Of a stretch of DNA of 64,000 bases, positions 29,351 to 39,656 are shown one piece after another. The stretch comes from an uncultured Pseudomonadota bacterium. GTDB lineage: Bacteria; Pseudomonadota; Alphaproteobacteria; Rs-D84. Both the position numbers and the translations under genes were made by a program. Every line of letters begins with the position of its first letter. Positions within the stretch are counted from its first letter, which is position 1. Location: the NCBI GenBank assembly GCA_900320405.1, contig OOHM01000002.1, positions 236,461 to 300,460 of the forward strand, given 5' to 3'. The notes below the pieces were generated by a model. The model was not told the DNA's origin, did no database searches, and worked only from the letters and a program-made list of their open reading frames with translations.

Positions 29351-29749
29351 ATGAGGATTCCAATTTTAACATTCGGTGCAATTGCATCAATATTAACAAT
29401 CAATTCAGTTATCGCAGATACAACCGTCACATCAAAAAACTATGTTGATGCCGAAGTTGCCAAAAAACAAAACACGATACCGGTGGCGGGCACGAATACC
29501 GCGAACCCGGGGACATCGGTTGTTATGTATACCAATACGGCGGGGACGGTTGGCGAACGCGGAATATACAGTGGCGGAACATATACGGCCGGGACGGATG
29601 CGAACAATTTGGTGACGGCGTCTGCGTTAAATGGCGCGGTAAACAATATTCCGACAATTACGACATCAAAACTGACCTGTATGGACAGTCCCGATTGTAC
29701 ACTGTGGACGGTTGCCGACCAAGAAGTATATGGGGAAGGTAACAATTAA
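29351..29749 (+). CDS. Secreted 'VTSKNYVD' family protein (expression-type copy)
   Basis: The first about 75 nt and the leader are near-identical to 23168. 'ADTTVTSKNYVDAEVAKKQNTIP'. C-terminal 'KLTCMDSPDCTLWTVADQEVYG'. Confidence 0.6.
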   Translation: MRIPILTFGAIASILTINSVIADTTVTSKNYVDAEVAKKQNTIPVAGTNTANPGTSVVMYTNTAGTVGERGIYSGGTYTAGTDANNLVTASALNGAVNNIPTITTSKLTCMDSPDCTLWTVADQEVYGEGNN

Positions 29750-29774
29750 AGTTCCCCTCTGGCCAGGGGGGTGA

Positions 29775-30593
29775 TGTAGCGATAGCGAAAGCGGACGTGC
29801 GTGGGGTGCCAGTTCGACTGTGACCAGTCGGGATTATGTAGATAATGCACTTGCGACAAAGCAGGTAAAGATACCGTCCGCGGGGACGGCGGGTGCGACC
29901 GCGGGCGACAGTGTGATAACATACACGGCGTCATCTGGCGCAATTGGTGAACGCGGATTATTTACGGGTGGGAAATATAATGCAAATACGGACGGCGATA
30001 AAATGATAACCGCATCCGCATTAAATAATGCGTTTACGAACCTGCCGGAAACGGAAACCACAAAATTGACATGCACAGACAGCAATTGTTTACTGTATAA
30101 TATTATCACCCAAACCGCGTATGGCATAACGCCGTTTAACCCAGATGTCAGCATCCCCGGCACGTCGATGTGTTATCGCACACTAAGTGGTAGTGGCAGC
30201 GACCCTAATGGCTCATGCGGTGCGGATACATTATCATACCTGGGGTCGAGATATAATAAAAGTGGTAAATGGGGCGTTGTATTCCCCTATGGCGATATAA
30301 GCGGTATAAGCGTATGCAGTGCACAAAGTGGTACCTATCTGATCGCTGCGACGGATGCGCAAACCGCAATTCTTGATTCGGAATATGCGGCCCAGGCGGG
30401 TGTTGGCAAAGTGTACTCTGGCCAATTAGAGTGCTGGTGCAAGATGGAAAATCCTGTTGATTCGCGGTGGGTGTTCGAAAACTCGTACTCCGGGCATCCC
30501 ACTTCGGATTGTGTGGGCGGCTGTGCGAGCAGGTGCGCGTTCCAAGGCAAGAATGAAAAAAGATTCCGCGAGGCCGTCTTTGGGGCACAATGA
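29775..30593 (+). other. Start-less, signal-peptide-less paralogue of the VTSxYVD family (silent cassette or pseudogene)
   Basis: In frame after the stop at 29772-29774. No ATG; the only start candidate is GTG at 29820. Homology begins at '...STVTSRDYVDNALATKQVKIPSAG', the position just after the signal peptide in its paralogues. C-terminal 'KLTCTDSNCLLYNII' then a unique Cys-rich tail. Confidence 0.45.
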
Positions 30594-30639
30594 TGTTAAC
30601 GCAAACCGCTATAATCCAACCCCGCATCTGCGGGGTTTT

Positions 30640-30880
30640 GTTTTCCTATCACCCCGTCGAAAAAACCGTCACCCCGTGGAAACACGGGGGCTCTTTATTC
30701 TCGCCGCGGTCCCGTCATCCCGACAGCCAGGCCCCAAAAAATTTGAAAAATTTTGTGGGTGGCATGGGTCGGGCCCCAGACGGAGCGACAGCAAACATTT
30801 ATTGTCTGCGACGCAGGTCTCGCCGTTGGCTCACACTGGGCCCCGGCCTGCGCCGGGGTGACGGAAGTTTAAAAAGGTTG
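30640..30880. repeat. Mosaic repeat block: family 1 fragment, family 2 palindrome (30731-30762) and family 3 element (30802-30868)
   Basis: 'ggccccaaaaaatttgaaaaattttgtgggtgg' palindrome. 'tctgcgacgcaggtctcgcc...ggccccggcctgcgccggggtgacgg' aligns with 10736-10795. Confidence 0.55.
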
Positions 30881-30926
30881 CTAAATGCAACCTTTCTCAC
30901 TAGTACTAACCACTGGCCACTACTAA

Positions 30927-32612
30927 CTATTTCTCTTCTTCGTCTTTGCCCAGGCCGATTGTGTTTTTCACCGGTTCGATAATGGACTTCTTCGCACTGT
31001 CCAATGTGCGAATCAGTGCGCGGCGAATCTTGCCCGAAATGGTCATTGGCAAACTGTCCACAAATTCAATCACGCGTGGATACTTGTATGCCGCGGTGCG
31101 ATCGCGAACGTGATTTTGTAATTGGCGAACCAATATATCATTGCCTTGGAAATATTTGTTCAAAACAATTGTTGCCTTGACCGCCTGGCCACGGGATGGG
31201 TCGGGAATGCCGGTGACGGCAACTTCGCGTACCGCGGGGTGTTCCAGTAAGACAGATTCAACCTCGAACGGACTTATACGATAACCGGACGATTTAATCA
31301 AATCGTCATTACGGCCGACAAACCAATAATACCCATCCGAATCGCGATACGCGACATCACCGGTGTGATAATACCCATCGCGAAACGCCATTGCCGTCAG
31401 TTTTTCATTTTTGTGGTATTCTTGGAACATACCAACCGGGCGGCCGTTTTCAATTGATACGCAAATTTCGCCAACCTTGCCATCCGCGACGGGACGACCA
31501 TCTTCATCCAGTAATTTTATATCCCATCCGGCGGCCGGCATACCCATACTGCCGGGTTTGGGTTCAATCCATTGGTTGGTAAACAATTGAACGGTTGTTT
31601 CGGTTTGTCCGAAACCTTCGTGTAATTTAATTCCGGTCATATCAAGGAATCTTTCATAAACCTCGGGATTTAAAGCCTCGCCGGCGACATCGGCCTTAGC
31701 CAATTTCGAAAGGTCATATTTAGATGTGTCTGCGTGAATCAGCATTTTATAAACCGTCGGTGGCGCACAGAAAGATGTGACACCGTTTTCAGACATTACA
31801 TGCCATAAATCGTGCGCGGTAAATATGCCGGCAACATCAAATATAAATACCGTCGCGCCCGCCAACCATTGACCATACATTTTGCCCCACGAACATTTTG
31901 CCCAACCCGATTCGCTTAATGTGAAATGAATATCGCCATCTGTTAATCGTTGCCAAAACACCGCGGTGTTTATGTGTCCCAATGGATATGCGTAATTGTG
32001 CGCGACCATTTTCGGCATATCGGTTGTGCCGGATGTAAAGTAAATAACCATCGTGTCGGAATTTTCATTCGGGACGCGTTCGAATGTATCCGGCATAGTA
32101 TTTATCGAATCGGCAACTTCGTCATTAGATATTAACAAAACATCCGAATCGCCAATTGCGTTTTTTATTTCGTTCACAATGTGACCGTCGTCAAATGCAA
32201 TGATTGCACGCGATTCGGCCGTATCGATTCGGTATTTGATATCTTCGGCCTTTAACTGATTCGTTGATGGAATAGGGATAATTCCGGTCTTGTGCATTGC
32301 CATCATCAAAACCCAATATTCCCAACGACGGCGCAAAAACAACAATACTGTGTCGCCGCGTTTAAGTCCACGTGATGTTAAATAGTTTGCAACCGCGTTC
32401 GACATTTTCGACAAATCAGAAAATGTAAAAATCTTTTTATTACCGGCATCATCCACCCAAATAATTGCCGTTTTTTCGGGGGTTTCACGCGCCATAACAT
32501 CGATTACATCATATGCAAAATTAAAGTTATCGGGCACAATGGGTGCGCCATTTTGCCGATAGTCTTCATAATTTTCAAAATTTTTCTTGGCCAAAAAACG
32601 TGTTGCAAACAT
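30927..32612 (-). CDS. AMP-dependent acyl-CoA synthetase/ligase (medium-chain ACS-like)
   Basis: 'YFTSGTTDMPKMV' AMP-binding motif. 'GYRISPFEVE'. 561 aa. Confidence 0.8.
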   Translation of the reverse strand: MFATRFLAKKNFENYEDYRQNGAPIVPDNFNFAYDVIDVMARETPEKTAIIWVDDAGNKKIFTFSDLSKMSNAVANYLTSRGLKRGDTVLLFLRRRWEYWVLMMAMHKTGIIPIPSTNQLKAEDIKYRIDTAESRAIIAFDDGHIVNEIKNAIGDSDVLLISNDEVADSINTMPDTFERVPNENSDTMVIYFTSGTTDMPKMVAHNYAYPLGHINTAVFWQRLTDGDIHFTLSESGWAKCSWGKMYGQWLAGATVFIFDVAGIFTAHDLWHVMSENGVTSFCAPPTVYKMLIHADTSKYDLSKLAKADVAGEALNPEVYERFLDMTGIKLHEGFGQTETTVQLFTNQWIEPKPGSMGMPAAGWDIKLLDEDGRPVADGKVGEICVSIENGRPVGMFQEYHKNEKLTAMAFRDGYYHTGDVAYRDSDGYYWFVGRNDDLIKSSGYRISPFEVESVLLEHPAVREVAVTGIPDPSRGQAVKATIVLNKYFQGNDILVRQLQNHVRDRTAAYKYPRVIEFVDSLPMTISGKIRRALIRTLDSAKKSIIEPVKNTIGLGKDEEEK

Positions 32613-32707
32613 ATGTGTCCTTTTATTAAAAATCCAATAAATAATGCCATTTTCCCGGGAAAAAACAAGTATAAATATGATAGAAAATGAAAAAAGTTAA
32701 AAAAAAG

Positions 32708-32735
32708 TTGCAAATGAATATTACTGCTCTATAAT
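32708..32735 (+). promoter_or_regulatory. Sigma70-like promoter for tRNA-Pro
   Basis: TTGCAA-N16-TATAAT, 40 bp upstream of the tRNA. Confidence 0.5.
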
Positions 32736-32775
32736 CGAACCGTTCCTTCGAGAACGTTTGTTTGTTGTGTATGTT

Positions 32776-32852
<77 letters not shown>

Positions 32853-32895
32853 TAAATTTAAACCGCCGCTATCCCTCGTGGCGGTTTTAATTTAT
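32853..32895 (+). terminator. Terminator hairpin after tRNA-Pro; also the first copy of a 45-bp direct repeat
   Basis: 'aaaccgccgctatccctcgtggcggtttt'. The repeat recurs at 33176-33220. Confidence 0.55.
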
Positions 32896-33131
32896 TTGGT
32901 TCGGTGTTAAGGATGAGAACCGTGGTTCGAAACCAAGTAGATTTTGCAAGCATCGGGCCCCACAAAATTTGAAAAATTTTGTGGGTGATAAATAGCGTAG
33001 CGAAATCGTCACGGGTTGCGCGCAGCCGGCATATAGTGCCGCGCGAGCGAATACGAGAATACAAAATTAGCAAAAATTTAAAAATTTATTGGAAATAAAT
33101 TTTTTAATTTTGATTATTGTGTATCGAGGCC

Positions 33132-33220
33132 CCTGTTACTCCGATCACCCTTCGTTAAAACTTCGGGTGACAGGCCATAAATTTAAACCGCCGCTATCCC
33201 TCGTGGCGGTTTTAATTTAT
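33132..33220 (+). repeat. Duplicated tRNA-Pro 3' end (13 nt) plus second copy of the 45-bp repeat, an att-site-like scar
   Basis: 'cctgttactccga' equals the tRNA 3' end. 33176-33220 is identical to 32851-32895. Confidence 0.55.
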
Positions 33221-33268
33221 ATAATCATAATTTGCAAAATGATTTTTATTTGGCATAATGCCTCTGTT

Positions 33269-34288
33269 ATGCGGAGGCGAACCAAGAAAGTTTTTGCGCG
33301 CTATTTGACACTGATTGCGGTTGCGATGGTGGGCGTGATTTATTATGCGTTGTGTCTGCGTTCGCCGATTCGCGAATCGGTTATGTTTTCAATAAATTCC
33401 GGGGATACCGTCACATCGGTTGCGCGTCGATTGGATTCGCAAAAGTTGGTTTTTTCGGATATGGCATTCAAAATGTCGATTCGAATGCGTGGCGGGCGCG
33501 TGCAAAGCGGTGAATATGAAATTCCGCGCGGGGCGTCGGTTTGGGAAATTGCAGGTATGTTCGCAAATGGAAAAATTGCAACAACAAAAATTGTTATTCC
33601 CGAAGGTTTGACCATTCTGCAAATCAAAGATTTGTTGTTGAATTATTCGAAACTGACGGGTGATGTTAATTGTGATGATGGGCGCGCCGTTTGTGATTTG
33701 GCGGATGGTGATGTATTTCCCGATACATATTATGTTGCGCGCGGAACATCGCGTTTGGCGGTTTTGGAATTGGCGCGTAAAAAAATGGAGACAATAAAAA
33801 ATAATTGGATGCGAATGCATCGCAATCCACCGGCACCGCTGCGTGGGTGGGATGATGTTATAACACTGGCGTCTATTGTGCAAAAAGAAACGCCAAAGAC
33901 ATCCGAGATGAAAATTGTTGCCAGTGTTTATTTGAATCGTCTGCGTCGTGGTATGCGGCTTCAGGCCGATCCAACGGTGGTATATGCGTTAACCGATGGG
34001 TATGGTGATATGCGTGGGGAACCATTATTGCGGGGACATTTGAAAATAGACAGTCCGTATAACACATATCGCAATAATGGCCTGCCGCCGGCACCGATTG
34101 CAAATGTTGGCACGCACGCGATTCGTGCGGTGATGAATCCGGCCGATACAAAGTATCTGTATTTTGTCGCGGACGGGCGGGGCGGACATAAATTTTCGTC
34201 TGATTACGAATCGCATATGAGAAATCACGCCGACTGGCGCGAGATAAAAAAATTAAACAATCCAGAATTAAATTCCGACAATAATTAA
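33269..34288 (+). CDS. mltG: Endolytic murein transglycosylase MltG (YceG-like)
   Basis: Start at MRRRTKKVFARYLTLIAVAMVGV (TM). 'VIPEGLTILQI'. 'LQADPTVVYAL'. 'YNTYRNNGLPPAPIAN' is YceG-like. Confidence 0.8.
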   Translation: MRRRTKKVFARYLTLIAVAMVGVIYYALCLRSPIRESVMFSINSGDTVTSVARRLDSQKLVFSDMAFKMSIRMRGGRVQSGEYEIPRGASVWEIAGMFANGKIATTKIVIPEGLTILQIKDLLLNYSKLTGDVNCDDGRAVCDLADGDVFPDTYYVARGTSRLAVLELARKKMETIKNNWMRMHRNPPAPLRGWDDVITLASIVQKETPKTSEMKIVASVYLNRLRRGMRLQADPTVVYALTDGYGDMRGEPLLRGHLKIDSPYNTYRNNGLPPAPIANVGTHAIRAVMNPADTKYLYFVADGRGGHKFSSDYESHMRNHADWREIKKLNNPELNSDNN

Positions 34289-34525
34289 ATTGTTTAATAA
34301 TTTTGCCATTTAATTATTTTACAGAAAAAACAAAAAAACGCCAATTGGCGCGGTGTGCACGGTATAATAATTTTTTCCGAATCGCACAATGTGCAATTTT
34401 ATCATATTTTTTTCGGTTTCGCAAAAATCTTTTTTCTTGAAATTCTGTTTTTTCAATAGGACAATATGCATAACTAGATAAGCGATTTTCTAGTTTCCGA
34501 TAAACAAAAAAGGAAAGGATAAATA

Positions 34526-35293
34526 ATGAAAAAAATTGCTTTAACATCTTTATTGGCTGTATTCGCGGCGGCGGGTGCACACGCGGCAAACGCGATTGAC
34601 GGTAATCCGTTGTATATGCCACGCGCGGGCCATTTCTATAGCGAAACCGCATTGTCTTCACATTCTGAACATGGCGAAGATTGGGCGTTGGGCGAAGAAT
34701 TTGGTTATGGTATTAACGATAAATTGGCAATCAATGTCAAAACCGGTGTGTCCGAACATGATTCTTTTGATGGATATTCATGGGATGATATGTCATTCAA
34801 TGTGACTGCACGCGTTTTTGAAGACCGTGGTTGGGTTGCCGATATCTATGGCGGATATGGTGTTGCGCCGGTTTGGGGTGATCATAGACCGTTCTTGGCC
34901 GAAGAAGATACATTTTATACATGGACGGCGGGTATCCGTGCGGGTTATATGACACCGGAATGGACCGTTGCCGGCTTGTTCGACTTTAATTACATTGGTG
35001 ACGAATCGTTTAATTGGGGTGATGAAGGCGGACATATGTTGCGTGCAGGTGTTATGGGTCAATACGTGATTGATTCCAATTGGAACCTGGTTGCAGATGC
35101 AATTTATACGGGTTGGACAGATGATGGTCCGAAAAACCGTGGTTCATGGGAAGGTTCGTTTGGTGTAAACTATAACTTTGATGCAACCAAATACATTGGT
35201 GCATGGGTTTCTGCCGGACTGGATCATTCAACAGGTGATTGGGAATGGGTCGATGGTGTCGGTTACGGTGTTAAGTTCGGTATAGAATTCTAA
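34526..35293 (+). CDS. Outer-membrane beta-barrel protein, paralogue 1
   Basis: Signal MKKIALTSLLAVFAAAGAHA. C-terminal 'GVKFGIEF'. About 45% identical to the next gene. Confidence 0.65.
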   Translation: MKKIALTSLLAVFAAAGAHAANAIDGNPLYMPRAGHFYSETALSSHSEHGEDWALGEEFGYGINDKLAINVKTGVSEHDSFDGYSWDDMSFNVTARVFEDRGWVADIYGGYGVAPVWGDHRPFLAEEDTFYTWTAGIRAGYMTPEWTVAGLFDFNYIGDESFNWGDEGGHMLRAGVMGQYVIDSNWNLVADAIYTGWTDDGPKNRGSWEGSFGVNYNFDATKYIGAWVSAGLDHSTGDWEWVDGVGYGVKFGIEF

Positions 35294-35357
35294 TATTGGC
35301 TGATGCATTTATGACACCGCCCGATTGGGCGGTGTTATTCTTGGTTATTATTTTTTT

Positions 35358-35387
35358 CTTGAAAAGATTCCCATTTATGGGTTAGAA
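35358..35387 (+). promoter_or_regulatory. Promoter TTGAAA-N18-TAGAAT plus downstream AACTAGT/ACTAGTT palindrome for OMP paralogue 2
   Basis: The promoter-like hexamers and the 'tttttcttgaaa' context are also present upstream of paralogue 1 (34431-34442). The palindrome is at 35394-35410. Confidence 0.45.
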
Positions 35388-35444
35388 TAGGGTTAACTAG
35401 TTGTACTAGTTCATGAACTTAAACAAACAATGAAAGGATAAATA

Positions 35445-36263
35445 ATGAAAAAAATTGCTTTGACATCTTTGTTGGCCATCGTTGCGGCGGCCGGCGCACA
35501 TGCGGCAAACACAATGGATGGTAATCCGTTGTATATGCCAAAGGCGGGTCATTTCTATAGCGAAACGTCTTTGGAATCTGCGACAAGCGCAACAAACGCG
35601 GTCGCATTGGGCGAAGAATTTGGTTATGGTATCACCGATCGTTTGTCAATCGGTTTGACCACATCTGTTGCCGAAGCCGATTGGTTCGATGGTAATTCTT
35701 GGAACGAATTGGGTGTTGATTTGAAATGGCGCATTATCAATGACAATGCATGGAAATTGGATTTCGTCGGCGCATATGCTATGAACCCGGTTTGGGGCGA
35801 TCATCGTCCGTTTATGGATAAAGATGACACAATGTATGCATGGGTTGCCGGTCTGCGCGGTGGTTATGTAACCGAAGATTGGACATTGTCTGCACACGCA
35901 AACTTCATCTATATGAACACAGAATCCTTTAACTGGGGCGATGACGATGCAAAAGTTGTTATTGACGATGTTGAAGGTGAATTCTGGGCGAATCATATGT
36001 TAAACCTGGGTGTTACCGGTCATTGGACAATGAGTGATATGTGGAGTGCGGTTGCATCTGCAGATTACTTCAAAGTCTTGGATCATTACAATTCTGTCGA
36101 AAATCGTGGTCATTGGACAATCGCGGCAGGTTTGAATATGAACTTGGATGACACCAAATATGTTGGTGCGTATATCAGCAAAGACATTGAACATACAGCC
36201 GCAGGTGAATGGACCGTCGAAGACGGCTTTGGTTTCGGTGTCAAATTCGGTATCGATTTCTAA
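35445..36263 (+). CDS. Outer-membrane beta-barrel protein, paralogue 2
   Basis: Signal MKKIALTSLLAIVAAAGAHA. C-terminal 'GVKFGIDF'. Its leader is near-identical to that of paralogue 1. Confidence 0.65.
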   Translation: MKKIALTSLLAIVAAAGAHAANTMDGNPLYMPKAGHFYSETSLESATSATNAVALGEEFGYGITDRLSIGLTTSVAEADWFDGNSWNELGVDLKWRIINDNAWKLDFVGAYAMNPVWGDHRPFMDKDDTMYAWVAGLRGGYVTEDWTLSAHANFIYMNTESFNWGDDDAKVVIDDVEGEFWANHMLNLGVTGHWTMSDMWSAVASADYFKVLDHYNSVENRGHWTIAAGLNMNLDDTKYVGAYISKDIEHTAAGEWTVEDGFGFGVKFGIDF

Positions 36264-36284
36264 GTTGAAAACCATAGATATAAA

Positions 36285-36315
36285 AACGCCACCCGATTGG
36301 GTGGTGTTTTTTTTT
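36285..36315 (+). terminator. Rho-independent terminator
   Basis: 'cgccaccc gatt gggtggtg' plus T9. Confidence 0.6.
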
Positions 36316-36360
36316 ATATTAAATTTCTGCGATTTTTATTAATATTTTTGCTAAAATTCC

Positions 36361-36389
36361 TTGACAACGGCGGTGTTCGGGGTTATAGT
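36361..36389 (+). promoter_or_regulatory. Sigma70-type promoter of the str operon
   Basis: TTGACA-N17-TATAGT, about 150 nt upstream of rpsL. The leader hairpin 'ctttcc...ggaaag' follows. Confidence 0.55.
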
Positions 36390-36536
36390 AAGGGCGCTTT
36401 CCGTGTAATCAAGGAAAGTGAAAAGCACAAAAAACGCCGTAAATCTGGCAGATTTATAATTGCGGGTCGCCGTTAAAATAAGTCTGATACGGTGCTTTGT
36501 GTAAAAAAGGACATAAGGAAAACAAAGAGATTTTTA

Positions 36537-36908
36537 ATGCCAACAGTGAACCAACTGATTCGGAAACCTCGTAAAAAAGTTGTCGTGAAATCCACGGCGC
36601 CTGATATGATGGAAAATCCGCAAAAGCGTGGTGTTTGCACACGTGTGTACACAACCACACCTAAAAAACCTAACTCTGCGCAACGTAAGGTTGCCCGTGT
36701 GAAATTGGCCAATGGTCGCGAAGTAACCGCATACATTCCGGGTGAAGGTCATAACCTTCAGGAACACAGCGTTGTTATGATTCGTGGCGGCCGTGTTAAG
36801 GACTTGCCCGGTGTTAAATACCACATCATTCGTGGTGTATTGGATACCAAGGGTGTAGAAAGTAGAAAGCAGGGTCGTTCTTTGTATGGTGCAAAGAAGG
36901 CAAAGTAA
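36537..36908 (+). CDS. rpsL: 30S ribosomal protein S12
   Basis: [14 protein letters not shown]... canonical S12. Confidence 0.95.
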   Translation: MPTVNQLIRKPRKKVVVKSTAPDMMENPQKRGVCTRVYTTTPKKPNSAQRKVARVKLANGREVTAYIPGEGHNLQEHSVVMIRGGRVKDLPGVKYHIIRGVLDTKGVESRKQGRSLYGAKKAK

Positions 36909-36980
36909 TAATTGAACATGCGGGTGCGCCCGTATGAGTAATCCGGTTCCCCGGGTGAAGAACAAAAAGGAATATAAGAT

Positions 36981-37454
36981 ATGTCAAGACGTAAAGCCGC
37001 AACAAAACGTGAAATTTTACCAGATTCTAAATATAACAATTTGGTCGTGGCAAAGTTTATAAATAATGTTATGTGGGATGGCAAAAAAGAAGTTGCCGAA
37101 AATATAGTTTATGGCGCAATGGAAAAATTAAAATCTGTTGCCAAAGATGGTGATGAATTGGCGTGCTTTTTAGAAGCCTTGGATGCGTTGAAACCGTCTG
37201 TTGAGGTTAAGGGTCGTCGTGTTGGTGGTGCAACATATCAGGTTCCGGTCGAAGTTCGCCCAGATCGTCAGCAAACTTTGGCGATTCGTTGGGCAATTAT
37301 GTTTGCGCGTAAACGTGGTGAACGCAGTATGACCGAACGCGTGTTTGGTGAATTGCGCGATGCGTTGAATGGTACCGGTGGCGCATTCAAAAAGAAAATT
37401 GATACACATAAAATGGCAGAAGCCAACAAGGCGTTTGCTCATTTCCGTTGGTAA
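36981..37454 (+). CDS. rpsG: 30S ribosomal protein S7
   Basis: [19 protein letters not shown]... S7. Confidence 0.95.
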   Translation: MSRRKAATKREILPDSKYNNLVVAKFINNVMWDGKKEVAENIVYGAMEKLKSVAKDGDELACFLEALDALKPSVEVKGRRVGGATYQVPVEVRPDRQQTLAIRWAIMFARKRGERSMTERVFGELRDALNGTGGAFKKKIDTHKMAEANKAFAHFRW

Positions 37455-37481
37455 TATAAAGAAAGATAAAGGAAAAGAAAA

Positions 37482-39563
37482 ATGTCTGTTGGAAAAACCG
37501 CACCTTTACATATGTACCGTAACATCGGCATTATGGCGCACATTGATGCCGGTAAAACGACAACATCTGAACGTATTTTGTTCTATACCGGTAAAACATA
37601 TAAAATTGGTGAAGTGCACGATGGTGCCGCCACTATGGATTGGATGGAACAAGAACAGGAACGTGGTATTACAATTACGTCCGCGGCAACAACATGCTTT
37701 TGGCGCGACCATCGTATTAATTTGATTGATACCCCGGGACACGTGGACTTTACAATGGAAGTGGAACGTTCTCTGCGTGTTTTGGACGGTGCGGTCGCAG
37801 TTTTTGAATCTGTGTCCGGTGTTCAGCCCCAAACAGAAACCGTTTGGCGCCAGGCAGACAGATATAATGTTCCGCGTATTTGCTTTATCAATAAGATGGA
37901 TCGTGTTGGTGGTAATTTCTTCCGCTGTGTGGATATGATTCGTGAACGTTTGGGTGCAAATCCGTTGGTTTTGAATTTCCCGATTGGTGCCGAAGCGGAT
38001 TTCAAGGGTGTTGTCGATGTCGTGGAAATGAAGGGTCTAATTTGGGAAGACGAAACAGGTTCCCACCCGGTGACAATTGAAATTCCCGAAGAATTAAAGG
38101 CCAAGGCCGAAGAATTGCACAACAAATTGATTGAAGAAGTTGTGACATTGGATGATGCCATTATGGAAGAATATATGGAAGGCAAAATCCCAGATCACGA
38201 TACAATCAAAAAATTGTTGCGCAAGGGTGTTATTGCACAGAACTTTGTGCCGGTGCTCTGTGGAACCGCATTTAAGAACAAAGGTGTTCAACCGTTGTTG
38301 GACGCAATTGTTGATTATTTGCCGTCTCCGTTGGATGTTCCGGCGATTAAGGGAACAAAAATGGACCGTGAAACCGTTGCAGAACGCCATCCGGATCCAA
38401 AAGAACCGTTCAGTGCATTGGCATTTAAGGTCGCAAATGATCCGTTTGTTGGTAATTTGATGTTTATCCGTATCTATTCTGGTAAATTGACATCGGGTTC
38501 ATACATCTATAATTCTACGCGTGACAAACGTGAACGTGTTGGTCGTATGTTGTTGATGCATTCCAACCAACGCGAAGAAATCAAAGAAGCATCCGCCGGT
38601 GACATTATTACATTGGTCGGTATGAAGGAAACAATTACCGGTGATACACTGTGTGATGAAAATAACCCGATTATTTTGGAAAACATTCATGTCCCAGAAC
38701 CGGTTATTTCTATTGCGGTTGAACCAAAGACCAAGGCGGACATTGAAAAAATGTCGTTGGGTTTGCAGGCATTGGCCAAAGAAGATCCTTCGTTCCGCGT
38801 GTCGGTTGACGAAGAATCCGGTCAAACGATTTTGGCGGGTGTCGGCGAATTGCACTTGGAAATTTTGGTTGACCGTTTGTTGCGTGAATTCAAGGTTGAT
38901 GTGAATGTCGGCGAACCGCGTATTGCATATCGCGAAACATTCCGCAAACCGGTCACCGAAGAATACACACACAAGAAACAATCTGGTGGTTCGGGTCAGT
39001 ATGCCCAGGTGAAAATTGAATTTGAACCGTTGGAACCGGGCAAAGGGTACGAATTTGAAAACAAGATTGTCGGTGGTGCGATTCCAAAAGAATACATCCC
39101 GGGTGTAGAAAAAGGATTAAAGATAGCCCAACAGACGGGTGTTCTGATTGGCTATCCAACTGTGGATTTCAAGGCAACATTGGTTGATGGTAAATATCAC
39201 GAAGTCGATTCTAATGTGTTGTGCTTTGAAATTGCGGCGCGCGCCTGTTTCCGCGAAGCGATGAAAAAGGCGTCGCCAAAATTGTTGGAACCGATTATGA
39301 AACTTTCGGTCACTACACCGGAAGAATACGTCGGTGACATTATTGGCGATTTGAACAGTCGTCGTGGACAAATCAATGGTATCGAAACCCAGTTTGGTAA
39401 TCAGGTGATTTCTGCCTTTGTTCCATTGGCAAACTTGTTCGGGTATGTCAAAACATTGCGTTCTTTGTCCCAGGGTCGTGCAAATCCGTATATGGAATTG
39501 TCGCACTATGATGAAGTTCCGCAAAATGTCGCAGATGAGGTTATCAAAAAGCTGACAAAATAA
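37482..39563 (+). CDS. fusA: Elongation factor G
   Basis: 693 aa. '[15 protein letters not shown]' and the EF-G domains. Confidence 0.95.
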   Translation: MSVGKTAPLHMYRNIGIMAHIDAGKTTTSERILFYTGKTYKIGEVHDGAATMDWMEQEQERGITITSAATTCFWRDHRINLIDTPGHVDFTMEVERSLRVLDGAVAVFESVSGVQPQTETVWRQADRYNVPRICFINKMDRVGGNFFRCVDMIRERLGANPLVLNFPIGAEADFKGVVDVVEMKGLIWEDETGSHPVTIEIPEELKAKAEELHNKLIEEVVTLDDAIMEEYMEGKIPDHDTIKKLLRKGVIAQNFVPVLCGTAFKNKGVQPLLDAIVDYLPSPLDVPAIKGTKMDRETVAERHPDPKEPFSALAFKVANDPFVGNLMFIRIYSGKLTSGSYIYNSTRDKRERVGRMLLMHSNQREEIKEASAGDIITLVGMKETITGDTLCDENNPIILENIHVPEPVISIAVEPKTKADIEKMSLGLQALAKEDPSFRVSVDEESGQTILAGVGELHLEILVDRLLREFKVDVNVGEPRIAYRETFRKPVTEEYTHKKQSGGSGQYAQVKIEFEPLEPGKGYEFENKIVGGAIPKEYIPGVEKGLKIAQQTGVLIGYPTVDFKATLVDGKYHEVDSNVLCFEIAARACFREAMKKASPKLLEPIMKLSVTTPEEYVGDIIGDLNSRRGQINGIETQFGNQVISAFVPLANLFGYVKTLRSLSQGRANPYMELSHYDEVPQNVADEVIKKLTK

Positions 39564-39656
39564 AAAAAGATTGCGATTTCTGATTTTGGGTGTAATATCC
39601 AAAATCAGGAATCAAACAAAAAATAAATTAACAAACCAGAGCCCAAGGAGAAAACC

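Noticed and set aside
33089-33268. 60-aa N-terminal extension of mltG.
   Set aside because: The upstream part overlaps the att-repeat/terminator DNA. The conserved MltG begins with a basic TM segment at MRRRTKK (33269).
34314-34661. 115-aa minus-strand ORF overlapping the OMP paralogue 1 start. 35419-35607 similarly overlaps paralogue 2.
   Set aside because: Both copies are reverse-strand readings of the duplicated OMP leader and signal-peptide DNA. The plus-strand genes have RBS, signal peptide and beta-barrel features.
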